Below are positions 1-13,731 of a stretch of DNA of 64,000 nt, piece by piece (position 1 is the stretch's first letter; the number at the start of each line of letters is the position of its first letter). Under the pieces are notes generated by a model, which worked only from the letters and a program-made list of their open reading frames with translations, searched no databases and was not told the origin of the DNA. The stretch is from Lingula anatina (Eukaryota > Animalia > Brachiopoda). A program made the translations under genes and the position numbers. The stretch covers positions 2,232,001 through 2,296,000 of the forward strand of contig CM120641.1 in the NCBI GenBank assembly GCA_051362555.1. The letters are read 5' to 3'.

Positions 1-1982
1 ACATTTTTAAAGATCCTTGTCTATATATAAACACTGTTTCTATCAGACTTTTAACAATCACAAACTGTACTTTAATTCAGCCACTTTGGGGCACTGTAGT
101 ATGTATACGTCTTAGCACTAAAAGGTGCCTGGATGACGGCAATTTTAATTTTAATTGGTAACAATATTACTTCATCAAACAACAGAAAACAAAAACTCTG
201 TATCACCATGCACGTACACAGTTAAAATCTATTTACTCACTAAACATACTTCTGCTGCTTAAATGGCACGAATAGGTACACTCGAGAGACTTTTAAGTTG
301 ACTTTCCCACTTCAGCAAACAAATAAAAAATATATAATACCTTTACTTTCCACACAAGAACATTCCATTTCATCGACTGGAGCTGTGACCCCTTTGTGCA
401 TCCCCATCTGGTAAATATTAATATTTTGTCACCACTCTCACAGGACTGTACTTTAAAAAAGTCACCTCGAGATCGACCACCTACTGTGACAGAAACCCAC
501 TTTAGCCTTAACTTCATTAATCCAGCCAGGTAAATAGTTTCATAAGACCCCCAGGATGGCTGCCTCTGCCCAGAGAATGCTAAATGAATGGTGATAAATG
601 CAAATTCAACAAAGCATAATATCTATTAATCCTTTACCTCTGATAAACTCTACCAGAGATTAGTTAAATTTGGTGACGGGGATTTGTTTGAAGGTGGCAT
701 GTGGGGGGAACAGGTTGATTAAGTGTTTTCTAATTGTTTCCCTCTACCATCCATTACATGTGTACTACATGAGTACAGGTAATTAAACCACTGGGAGGAT
801 GATTCGTTAAGCCGGCTCATCTCCTCGTTAAACACGCTCTTCACCTGAGACAGCTTATTAACAGTTAGTAGCTATTAATTTTACCTTTGAGCTATCTCTT
901 AGACTGGTAATGTTTTTTTTTTTTTTTCTAAAACATTTAAGCTCACTTGTATTTAATTTTTGGCATCTTTATAATGTGTACAAATAACAATCTTTGGACT
1001 TGACTTTAATAAAACAACAGAGAAAGAAAGATAAATTCCAAAATATACAAGTTTGGTAAAAAAAAAAGTACTATCACCATTATCCTATTAATTTTACATG
1101 TTATATTTGAATAATGAATGAAGAAATAAAAGTGCATCTGTTCACCCAAGGACTTCGTTAGACCAGAGTTGGTCCTATTTGTATCAGTGTAGCTTGCATA
1201 AGACCTTGAAGACTGACTTTCAGGTCTAAAACTATCCTTGTGTGAACACACCCAGTGATGTTGAATCCATGAACCACCTAATGCTAGTAACAGTGCAGAT
1301 TATTCCCATACCTGGCCTGCTGGCAGCTCAGTCTGGGTGGCGTAATGGCATGCCCTCCCAGTACCTTGAGACACCTGAACTCCTGATTTATTCTCACCTT
1401 TTATTACCACACTGAGTGCTACATGCAACTGAAGGCAACCGATAGCAATCATCATCACTGTTAAATTCATATTTCACCTTTTGTGCACCTGCTTGTCTGT
1501 CAAATCAATCCAGTATCTTAGAGTTCCAGTGTAGTAGAAAGAAAGTGATAAGTTTGCTACTGAAGGATTCATTAAGGAGATGGCCATCACATCTTTCAAA
1601 TAAGGTCTGTGTAATTGTTTATAAAAATGAATCAAGAGCACAAAAAGTATCTTGCTACAGTAAGTTGCATCAACTATGGGGGAAAAAAAGTCCATTTTTT
1701 CAGATAAAGTCTCCACCCCACCTTTTCCTTGGAAATCCCTGGGTATGGGCCTGATAGTTCTGGTTGGTAAAAGCTTTTACTGACTCTTCTAGTACACCTA
1801 GTCCAAAAACAAGGGTGGTGCACATCTATCGGCTAATTGTTTTAGAATGAGGCAGCACAGTTGCCGCAGTTAATTAAAATATCTTCAACTCCAAATTTGT
1901 CACCTATTTTCTGCCATGTGGAAAACTGACAACCCCTGACATCCCACCTCCTGTGACACTGACAATATGTGACAACCTAGTT

Positions 1983-1984
<2 letters not shown>

Positions 1985-2037
<53 letters not shown>
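1985..2037. repeat. (GA)n microsatellite
   Basis: Perfect GA dinucleotide run read directly. Confidence 0.97.
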
Positions 2038-2038
<1 letters not shown>

Positions 2039-4881
2039 ACACAAGCACTACAGCTTACTAAAATTACATAATGAACGGATGACTTAGCACCTCCCCTCCC
2101 ACCATAAAAACCTGAAATCCCATTATGAACACTGCCTGGGTGTGCACACCTTATTACCTGCTGGGCCACAGTTACAGGTTGTCAGTGCACTATATTATAA
2201 TTTATATGGTAGTCTGGGTAAGTTGCATTGTTGTGGTGATAGGACGTATATCATCCTGGTAAAATATACTACAATTCTTTATCTGCAGGCTACAGCACTC
2301 TTTAGAACTAATGATCTTGTATAGAACCAGACACCTATGATTATTTTGTGTCAACAGTGGTAAATGCTACATAAATTATTTCACGTGAAGCAGATATTTA
2401 AAGAAAGGGTTTCTTAAAAATGTAAGACAGACAGAGCCATCTTATGATGAACTGGAAAAGTACTAGTAGGTAGAGCCCAAACCTCTGCCAAGAACAATTG
2501 ATTAACAATTATCAACAAATAAATTAATTAATGAGCCCCAACCAAAATCTAATTAATTTAAGTTACCCTTTTCTAAGCTATCCTGAAAGTTTTATCAGGA
2601 TCTGTTCAAGTTCTTAACTTTCTGTATTATACTGTTAACCAGCAAAACAACAAAGGCAAACACACAACATCCTTGGCGGAGGTACTAACTGTTAAAATCC
2701 ACAGTATTTTAGATACTTGTATATAAATGAAATGCTAATTGTGTCTAGGTCAGCACAACAGCTGAGCTCTCTATTTAACATGCAACAGGCAAGGCACTCA
2801 GGAAATTACATGATATAAGCATCAAAGCTGGGAACTTCAATAGGCTGTCTCTATTCCCTAAAAATACATATATGTTGATGACTAATTATTTTTTTTCTGA
2901 AATAACTCTTTGAATGTTCCAAATGGTGCAGTTTGTGTGTTCCTATTTCAGATTTTAATTAATCAACAGTGAAATGCACATCACCAGGTTCATTAACACT
3001 GGGCTGGATAGGTAGCAATAGGACTTATCACAAATCTGTCAAGTGATTTTTTTGTAATCTAAAAAACGAAAAATTAATTTTGATGGATTAGCCCACACAC
3101 AAATACAAAATAACTGTACTAATTAAGTTTCATATTAGTAGTCAAAAACAGCTAGTTTTTTAAAGTTTAGGTAGGTAAAATGAGTTTTTTGGTCAACTCA
3201 GCAGGCTTCAGCCATAACACGGCATGGATTAGAAAATGGGAACATTAATAATATACAAATGAAAAGAGTCATTTATAAAAAAAATCCCATAACACACAGA
3301 TAATTTAGACAAATGGGCTTGGATTTTACTGTATATCAGAAGATCATGAGAGGTGAAGTATGGAGTACGTGAATATAGTCTGGATGACAATTTCACCTTT
3401 TCAATTCATACTGCCTGCAGGTTTTAGTGCCCTGTGCCACAAAGTCAATTTGAACAGTGTCAGTTTCTGTTTGTTGACTCTAAATATGCTCTCTTGATTA
3501 TCTCTTTGTCCCAGTACAACACAGCTTGTCCAAAATACAGCACATGGATAAAAGGGAATGAAAACATAAAAATGCCTCTCATTTATTGCTGATGCAGTGT
3601 TTATGCACCTTTAAGAGACTTCAGTTAACACTGAACAAATAAATTTGTTTTTTCACTAGAAAATAAAAGTATACAAATAACATTTGAAATGGTAAAATTG
3701 GCATCCAGTGCCTAATGTACTGTGTTTATTAAAAGCAAGAGAAACCACTGGTTCCTATAATGGATATTCTACACCCTTTCTTCACCTGAATTAATATACA
3801 CATAGATTGCTGGAGGCGATAAATCTACATCTCTCAACGCCATTTCACATTTTCTTTTTCATTAAATAGTCGAATCACATTAGCGCAACTTCTGGGGGTC
3901 CTTCTAGCACTTTTGATGAAAAATGACACCTATTTCCTTACACAATACCTTGTGAAATAACCCCCTTTATTTTAGAAGGAGTTAAGCATGAGCTTCATGC
4001 TCAAAATTCTGTAGAAACTGGATGTGTTACAGTACATGTGTGGCTTTCTAACCTTTCTGTCAGCTCTTTCTAGTCCCAGATCTATACGGCCTTTTTCTAT
4101 TATCAGAAAATGAAGGTAATCCAATATACCAGTATTGTACTGATTATCCTGCATGAAATTACCTCATCCTAGACGTAACCACCTTGTACAGTATTCATCA
4201 TTCATAATAGTCTGTTTGCAATTTCTTCAGCCTTCAGCTGTCCAATAAACACTTCATAGATCCATCTCTGCTGCATATACCTACGTACAACATATGCTGC
4301 ATGGCTCTATAAACTGCGCTCTACGAAAATATACCATCAGAATCCTATGCACTTTGTAGTCATGTCTGCTGATTATGAAAGAGAATGTCACTCTATATGG
4401 TGGTGAAGACTGGGATAGATCCATTCATTTAGAATAACTTTACCAATGCTTTAAAAACTGTGATTATACCTTTGCAATGTTCAGTATTATATCCCTATCT
4501 GGCTATAGCACATCCATAGACTACTATAATCATGTCCCCTTGACAACTGACTACAATCTGCCTACAGAACTTCTCAGTATTTTTACAGAACATATCTTTT
4601 GCAGCATGTATCCTATTATCTTATATGTATATTGCAATGAATACAAGAGTCATTATCTCTGTATCAGTATATAATCACAATATAGAGCACACCATAAATT
4701 CCCTATTAGAAAAAAGCATAATTGATACAAACGACTTTCATTTATCTACCAGCACTTCTCCTTTAGTATATTAGCTATTAAATTGTCAGGAAGTGATTAT
4801 AAGGATTGGGGAAATGGTAAATGATAGTGTACTTGCTATAACATCTCGGTGTATAATCTATATAAAAAAACAGCAAGTACT

Positions 4882-5562
4882 CAGACCTGCCCAACTACCA
4901 GACTCGGCACCAAATGATCCTAGGATTGCTGAAACTGTCGGTCTGATCGGTCATGACCGGGAAAATTTGTCTGGACCGGTAGAAAATTGGACTTGGTCGG
5001 TCCAAAGGACCGACAAGAGTTTTAAGAACTGCAATTTTGAATATACAGTCATCTTTCGACATACTTCACTAATAAAATTATATAAAGCCCAAAGCGTTTT
5101 TTCCCTTCCATTTCAAAACTATCACATTCACAAACAAAGTTAGCTACCCTAATCGTACTGGTAGTATCTGTCTCAAACGAAAAACAAAACAAAAATCCAT
5201 TTGGTCCGGCAAATTTTTTATTACTGCCGGTCCAAATGTCCGGCCATTCTGAAAAGTTTTCAGCATATCTGTGATCCCAAATTCTCTGGTAGATCGGACC
5301 ACACTACCTGTTTTCAAGGTGTGTGTCAGTACGCATTTCACAGTATCATACCCCGGAACAAATTTTGAGATGAGATGCACTAATTTCCAACCCCGCTCAG
5401 AATCATCGCTATCACATCACATACTAGGCAAGAGCAGTCTCGCTTGTGATACTTCGAAGCATGTTCTGAGGCGCACCTTGAAAATGGGTACTAGTAGTGT
5501 AGTCCGATCTACCGGTGAATTCAGGATCTTTAGGTGCCAAGCCTGAAAGTTGGGTGGGCCCG
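4882..5562. mobile_element. Non-autonomous hAT-like DNA transposon (MITE) with 5-bp TSD
   Basis: Imperfect ~40-bp TIRs: left CAGACCTGCCCAACTACCAGACTCGGCACCAAATGATCCT; right, reverse-complemented, CGGGCCCACCCAACTTTCAGGCTTGGCACCTAAAGATCCT. GTACT flanks both ends (4877-4881, 5563-5567). CpG-rich interior with repeated GGTC/GACC motifs. Confidence 0.7.
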
Positions 5563-8500
5563 GTACTGGTTTTGGTCATCAAGACTGCAATATGACGCCA
5601 TTAAGGTATAGGAGTCATTTATACACCCACGCAGTAACATGTGAGACTGCTGTATGATACAGGGCTTGTATGTACCCAACTTGGGAACCCTGCTGCAATT
5701 ACTGATTAATTACTACCTTCCTTAGCTAGGCTCCACTTCACTTGATATGACAACAGTACATATATGAAGCAATGAAGTCATGCACCTATTCCGTTAATGA
5801 CAAAAAGCGTGGTAACACCTATAAATAGAGGCAACTTCCTGCAATACACAAAAAAATGCAAGTCAGTATTATTTGTAGTTATTATGAAATAGTATATGCA
5901 GTTGTAATACTTCCACCTCTGTCAGTTTCCTTTTACCTCTTCTAATCTTGTAGAATATCCCTCGTTTCTCAATAGATATGTCTCAAGTCCTGCGAAACTC
6001 ACCTTGTGCCTTTGAAAGGCAAACACTTGATGACAAACTCATCCTGAGTGGGTTTTTAGATTAAGGCACAGTCCAGTCATCAAAGTACAAACCCCCAGAG
6101 ACTAGAGACAACTTCTAAATAGAGCTGAATACAAATCTATAATCTATCCAGCATAGCCACAAAAGCTCTAGCAGGTAACCAAACAGCGAAATCTCAGGCG
6201 AGCAAGTCTCGGCCTTCCAAACAGTGACTGTACAGAAGGATCAATTACTGTGTAACTATTTTCATGTCCTTGTGAGAGTGACTTGGGGACTGCTGTAATA
6301 TCACAGAGGTGTAGACAAGGCCACTGGCTTACCTGGTCAGTGTTTACCTTAATTATTTAGGGTACAGATTACTGACCCCACCCCCCTAGTATTGTCCCTG
6401 TCGTAGAGTTTACTTACCCCTCCCCTTAGCATTGTTTCTGTTGTAGACAACCTTCTGCTTTATTCCAGGAGTAATATTTAACAGTTCATGGTATGTCTAA
6501 GCTAAGCTTTATCTCTTCAATTATGTTCAAAGCTGTTTAAACTTGCTTTTGCAATGCAATCTATATATGATATCAGTGCATAGGCTGCCTTAGGAAGGGG
6601 TGGCGAAGGGGGGTCATGGGGGGGGGGCTTGACTCAAAATGTGTAAGTACATCTCTTAGTCCATAAATCACCTCCTCTGCTGCAAGGCAAATATTTGCTT
6701 CCCAATTTACTAAAAGGTAAAGTTATGTAGTCTGGCACTAATGGCTTGTTTGCCTATCCGCTAGCTCTAGGATTTTAAAAAGTCAACAAAGACAAAGCCC
6801 CCAAAACACCTGTGGTTTTAGAGGACTTTCCTGGTTATCATGGCCTGAAATTTAGGTTTAGATCCTAAGTACACATCTCTAACCCATTAATATGACAGCA
6901 GCACACGTGCATCAGTCAACCCAGCTCTTCAAAGTTTTCCTGAGGACAGGTCTATTGGAACGACTGTGTTTGATCTGTTCTGGTGCTCAGGAATGTAGTC
7001 TGGGGCAGGTGTCAAGCCAAAATAGGGACATCTGGGGATTTCAAAAATTATTTTCAAGAATATTATAAATGAGTTAAGAAATAGCCATAATGGGGTGGTA
7101 AGAAATGAAGGGGTGGCATGAAGATGATTTAAATGTTAGGTTTGCCAAATGTGCAGTCATGCAAATAGACGGCTTTTCACTTGACATTTCATGAAAATTT
7201 TCACCTTTTACATTCTCATATCTCTCAAATTTTGAACTACAAACAATTATCTTGGTGTCCTTTAAGAAATAATTCCGAAGGATATTTCATCTGATTTGGC
7301 AGTTATCAAAAGTATACACATCTGAGGCATAAAGTAAAATAAAAATTAAATAAAGAAGATATAAATAATAAATAATAGAGTGAACAAAGACAAAATTTGG
7401 TTTTTAAATGTAAAACAAAGAGTAAAACAAACTAATGCCAGCTGACTTCAAAATTACCACGAACAAAGGAGTAATGACATGCATGCTGAGAGACCGAGAG
7501 TAAATTAAAATTTTAAGTTTGTTGTTTTAAAAGAAAAACCTACAGAAATTCAATACATTATTACTTTCTGCAGTGATGTAGAGGGCTCCTCATTCAATAT
7601 CTACAAACAGCTTAACAACAAAAAGTCAAAACCAAACAAACAAAGAGAGCGCGCAGCATAAAATGGCTTTAGCTACTTCTGAGTATTTTTTACGCCACAC
7701 AACACACTCTGTGTTTTGTGGGGATCACGTCTGACCTCAAACCAAACTGTTTTGTGTTCCCAGTCTTAAGGCAAAGCTCTGAAATTCTATACAGGGTTTA
7801 ACTAAGTATTTATTATATTAGGCATATTTCAAAGCACTTCACTGCAGTTAAATGTGGCCAGTGTGGCTTCCCTCTGACTTTTGAATTTGGCTTTAATATC
7901 TTGTGATGTTGAAATACACCCTTTCAGACTTATCAATAAAAATTGCCTGCGCATTCACAGATGATTTTATAAAACATTTGTGTAACACAATACACAGCAT
8001 GAATTTTCATAATAAACATAATGGATGAAAAATCAGATTTTCAGGATTTTTGAACAAAATTAAAGTAATTTGGTCTGACATGGAGAAGCATAATACTGGG
8101 TGGTTTAAATATTTGATACCAGTGAAATATTCACTACCCATTTTTTAAAAAAAATTCACAGACCCACTCACCTTTGTTATCTAGTTTGATAAAGTACTTC
8201 TCATATAAAGCTTCAGTCACTGCCCAAGTTGCACTCACATGTCACTGTCCCATCTAAAAGAGAAAATATCATATCTTAGAACTTTAGTGCCATATTAATA
8301 CATGTTTGTAAACAAGGATTTTCCAATGGATTTCACTTGTGTCATATCTTCCTATTTTTTATAGAAAAGTTGTGCTTGCTAATAGCAAGTTAAATCCAAA
8401 CTGAATGACAGCATTGGCTTTATTTTTCAAGATTTATTTAGAAAAGAGCACCGTTTTGCTTTTCTCCTTTTGACCACATTCTGCTTAAGATCCTGAATCC

Positions 8501-11500
8501 ATCTACCACAGTAGTATGAGGGAAAACATCTATATGTGATTTATTAAATGCATATTTCTACAGAGGTTACATATCAGCTGCTGACAGCGAAATACAACTG
8601 ACATCTCACTTCCTGCCCCCCTCCAACAATATTCACCTTCTAAAACAGCCCTTCCCTCTTCCTACTTTGTATTTTCTGAGACAACAAGGTCCAATATTAT
8701 AACCAAATATTATCATATAATTGGTCTCTAACCTCTGTCCAATTCCTAACACAGACAGTGTTATTCAATAACATCAAATGAAGCTGTACAAAAAAATCTG
8801 GAGTAATTAAATATTCAGTATAATTAAGCCTACTAGTACTCTCTCTATACATGCATGACAACACGAACATTTATAGAAAAATGATGCCAGTACCCGTAAA
8901 TCAGTTTAAAGCACCAAAATGACGTAAGACTAAAAGTAACAGTCAACCCAGACAGATATACTAGCATGACATCAGATTGTTTTATTGACCCTGTTACAAT
9001 AAAACATAGATGAGAGTCTTACTACTAAATTAAGTCAACTGATACCCGTCACCTAAGTTTGGGCTGTTTTGATACTTCCCTATTTATGAGACCACAGTGA
9101 CTCAATAAGTCCTGCTAGTGTTGATTGGTAAACCTCATGTTTTTCTTGAACTGAATTGTTGGGAAACACCTGTAACTTCATATAACTTCACACAATAGGT
9201 TAACAAAAGGGCTCTAACTGCCCGGCCAATACATTCGTAAATATTCAATATTCCGCTTTATTTAATATCATAACACCGACTGCCAGGAAACGCGTCCCTT
9301 ATCAGACCGGCTTCTTTACACTGCGGCCAAACTACAGCGTCACGACTCTACAGGTACAAGGCATGCGCCGCCCTTAACACAGCTACAATACAAACACAGA
9401 CAATAACTTTCCCCTGGTTACAGCCCAGACACAAGTCACATTAGATAAATTTCACCTGTACTAAACGATCAATACAAATAAATACACAATTAGATTGGAA
9501 AACACACCATGCTTTTACAACACATGAACAGTGCATAAGATACACAAAATGGTGCCCCGTAGTATAGCAGAAATCCAATACAAGAACACATTGTTACAAT
9601 GTCCACAATCTATGCTGGTCGGTCAAGGCACGTAATTGGGGATTGTCCAATGCCCAATAAAATGAATAATTTATATGGTGTTTTAAGAGTGTTTTGAGTA
9701 CAATTTGATAATCCTAAGAACAACACTATAAATCTGATAAGAATCTTTGCACCTTTAACACCTTGAAGGTGTTGGACAACATTAGATGGATGGGGAACCA
9801 ACCGACCATGATCATGGGGACTACCAAAAGTTTTTATAATAAGTGAACTCTTTTCAATTGTAATTATTTATAAAAGCTTGGTAAATATTTACACACACAA
9901 ATTACACTTATTAAACTGTATTCTTGCTGTGGTTAAGGGGAAAGGTGTGTAAGTACTACAGTAGACCCTGATCCCCTATTTTCCCCATTATTCCATGTGA
10001 CCTGTTGCCATTTGTGGCTGCAGCATTATGTAAAATGATTACATTGTTTTCTAGTGTAAAAGCCTAGCATGGCATACAGTGCACTTCACTGACAATACTA
10101 CCTGGGTCTTTTCACTGACACTGCCCTTGTACCTTCTCTATATTTATATTATACAATGTTATAGGACCTCTCTTGTAAATCAATTGTATTTTATATCTGA
10201 AAACACAGTGCTGTGGCATGACATACATAAATAAATAAGTTACTGAGTTATGGGAGCGTCTTAGTGCAATTTAGGTGCAGTTTACAAACAATGACCATCG
10301 GAGATTCGATGTGAAATAGCCACTGGTCAGTTATGTCCACCTCGTACTGGCAGTTACAATCACACTCAATCATAACTGATTATCTGGCTGTCACGGGGTT
10401 CTTCCACATAAAATTACCAACAAGACAACATAAAAGCCAATTCAGGGGCATTAATAAAGCTGCACTGGTGTATGACAGGTCAGTCAGAAGTATGGAAACC
10501 TAGGGTCATACTAGGGTGGACAGCCACCAGACAATGGTAATAAATCAAAACCAATGTACATGCTGGCTGTTCATTTTTTCCAATAATCAGCTGGGACACT
10601 TGGATTCAATATATACTCTACCAAAATCAATTTACCCATCTTCCTTAATGGCCTCTGTCAAGAAAACAGCGAGAGATGATGACATTAACTAAGCATAAAG
10701 ATGTAGTTTCCAGTTCCTTCCTTTACTACTATAAAACCACAAGTCAAGATACGGTAATTATTCACAAGTTTCAAACACAGCTCATATTCCAAATTAATTC
10801 TTTTTTCAAGTTTCATCACATTAAATCATTCAAGAAAACCTACTTAAATATAATACAATGCTTTCATGATCTCATCTCCTATCTCTTACCTTTATAACTC
10901 ATCATGTTCATATAATATCAATAAAAATTGCCTTACGAAATACAGTTAATGAATTCTTCTTGAATTTAGCTGATAACTACCATAATGCGGGAAATAAAAG
11001 ATGAGTCACTTAGACTAGAATGACAGGTGAACTGTACAAATGTGAGATGATTATCATCTGGGGGACAATGATATGAAAGTCTGGCTCTCCAACAGTAACC
11101 TGAGCTGGCAGATTTCTCGCCTCATTGAATAATGTTTTAATTAAGAGGATGCTGTCGCTAACTGGCTATTCTTAATTAAAACAATGAGCAAATTAGTGGC
11201 AAATTCATTAAGTAGCAACATGGTGGCCTGAAGACATGTAAATAAAAAGCAATATCTGAGGCAGGCCTTAGCAGCTTCTTCTACAGCTTTATATTTGTTG
11301 AAAAGATGCATATCTGACAAATTGGTTTCAGTTACTTCCAATTTGGTGGGCGTGTCTCTGTATAATAACAGTCACCAATAGTACAAGAACATACATTTCA
11401 TTTAAATTTGACGTATAAAAACACGTATAAGGATGTATATATTTAAACAAAACTCTGTATTTGAAAGTCTTGCATGAGAAAATACTATCCTATAATCTAC

Positions 11501-13389
11501 CCATAGATTTATATAACCTCAAACCTGTTTTTTAAGTGCGTGTCAGAGTTATGCCTTGATAAAAAGTATGAAATAAAGTCTCAATGTTGTTTTTCTGCCT
11601 GCTACTAAAAATAACACCACACAGATGTCTCAGACCAACTAAGGACTTACCCAGAGCACGACTGTTGAACAAAATGACCCAGAAAAATACTTAATCTTTG
11701 GGAGGAACAACAACAAACACACAAATGTTTCGACAAAATTAGTGCAAAAAAAACAATGAAAACCTTAAAAGACATAACTTGGTCCAGAGTTTATTTAGAT
11801 TTAAAAGGCTTATAATATTAGATAGATCCAAAAACAAGGAAAGTTTAACCCTACTTAATTATTATCAACAAGCTAATGTACGAATTATTATCTCTGGCAC
11901 CTCTTAACTAACAGTAAAATTCAGTATATATATGTCCTAGTTGACATAGTGACTAATGGTTGTTAGAGAGATTATATTCTATAGTTCTAATACAATGTAC
12001 ATAATTATTGTAGTGCTTAATAAAACAGATATCATTATAACTATTATGTAGATAAACAGGGATTAATAGGATGTATGGTTGCCCTTGGTAAAAAAAAAAC
12101 AACACATATGACTTAAAGAGGGATATTGTAACATGTCAAGTGTTGATATATTATCAAAAAATTCTACTCAATGGATCAATTCCTTCATCAGGCCATTTTG
12201 GTGCCTATTTCTTTACAACAGCTGCAGTAGTCTGGATGATATATGAGAATACGCCAACAAATAACCTAGCTTAAACAAAAGGGAAATGGATAAACCATTT
12301 AGTGGAACAGTTCATTTATTGCTTATTGTATTAAGACAGTGCTGTAGTGTATATATATCATAATTACACTATATACATAACTGTGTCTAATAATAATTTC
12401 TAAGTCATCATGGCAACTGAAGTCTGTAGTTGTAGCTATTAAAGAAATCTGTGCACATCAAGTCTGAGGCGATATGGATGTCAACAGAAATCAACCAATG
12501 TTAAACAAACATAATAAATAAAGTTTGTACAAGATAACTTTGACTATACTGCTTATATATTACTGATTTGTAAGTATCCTTTAAATTTTAGAAAAGAACT
12601 TTTTTCTCACTTAAAAAAATGGTTCATCTATTTTATGAATAGTTTTCTGTTATGACACCAGGCAGTGCAGCTCCTCATTCTTTAATGGCTGTTTAAAAGC
12701 TTCAGTTCGGGGCACCACGGAGCATTTGAAAAAACGGTTATCACAGTGGTAAAAAATGACCTCATCATGATTTTCACTTTGAGCTTTATAAATTACTAAT
12801 CACCAGTTATCTTAATTATTTACTTGCCCTATTGGGATATTTGAAAATTGTGACGAAGCCCCCTTTGATGATAACAGCAGGAATCATGAATCACAAAAAG
12901 TACCTAACACTCCTATATCTTGCAAATGTTTGATTTTTATCAACTTGTCATCAGAAGATTAACTGTCCGTTTCTTCATATACTCACTAAGTGTTTGGAAT
13001 TTTCTGTGTACTACATCACATTAAAATCACAAACTATTTACTCAAAATGTACTAAGTCGGGGGGGGGGGGGGTAGACGAACAAAATACATGTAAGAGGGG
13101 GCGTGGGTTAGAATTTAGTCAATGTGAAATGGCAAAATTGAGTATATTAGATAAACAGGAAGAGAGAAAGGGTCACGAATCTCGTGCTAATGGGTCTGCA
13201 GCATACACAACTAAGTCCTCTGACTCATCATACTGTGCAGGCTTTTCTATTCTACATCAAACTAAATTTAATTTTGAGACAACATTCCCTAAACATGTTG
13301 AATGCGACAAATGTGTACACGATCTAACACGAACCACATACCTATGCCTGTAAGAGACACTGAAAAGGAATAAGGTGCTATTTACTTAC

Positions 13390-13731
13390 CACGCCAATTT
13401 AAAAATGTTAATTGATATGCTCAGTATATACTCCAAAGCAGGAAGTCTTCAAAGCACTAGTAACAAACCATCCACCTGCGGCTCTCCTACCTGACCGAAC
13501 AACGTCGCGGACGTATCAAAAGTGGGCGAAAGTGAATCTTTTAATGGTGGATCGGAATCAACAATATATATTGTGTTCGATATAGTTCTAATACACTATA
13601 ATAAACAGTAACTAGCAGCGTTGAACTCAATCTGTCTATCATGAGACACTGTTTTGTATTAGCAAACTAGTTTGTCGGATGTTTATATATTAATGCGCGT
13701 CTGTTACGCATTATCTCGCGAGAACTTCGAC
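13390..13731. promoter_or_regulatory. Probable bidirectional CpG-rich promoter with a TCTCGCGAGA palindrome
   Basis: Local CpG enrichment between divergent genes. Perfect TCTCGCGAGA (CGCG/BANP-type housekeeping motif) at 13714-13723, ending 8 nt before the ATG at 13732. Confidence 0.6.

Larger units (their letters stand above)
241..13500 (-). other. 5' region (UTR or alternative first exons, long introns) of an unidentified minus-strand gene continuing left of the window
   Basis: Strong minus-strand donors at exon ends 13390 (GTG|GTAAGT), 13491 (CAG|GTAGGA), 11651 (TGG|GTAAGT), 8172 (AAG|GTGAGT), 6003 (AAG|GTGAGT) and 241 (TTA|GTGAGT). One clean internal exon at 8253-8172 (TTTTCTCTTTTAG acceptor). 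It points away from the CpG-rich 13.4-13.9 kb promoter. No recognisable protein sequence. Confidence 0.4.

Noticed and set aside
1900-2169. ORF containing SLSLSL run (similarly 38166-38723 with IYIYIY)
   Set aside because: Microsatellite translation.
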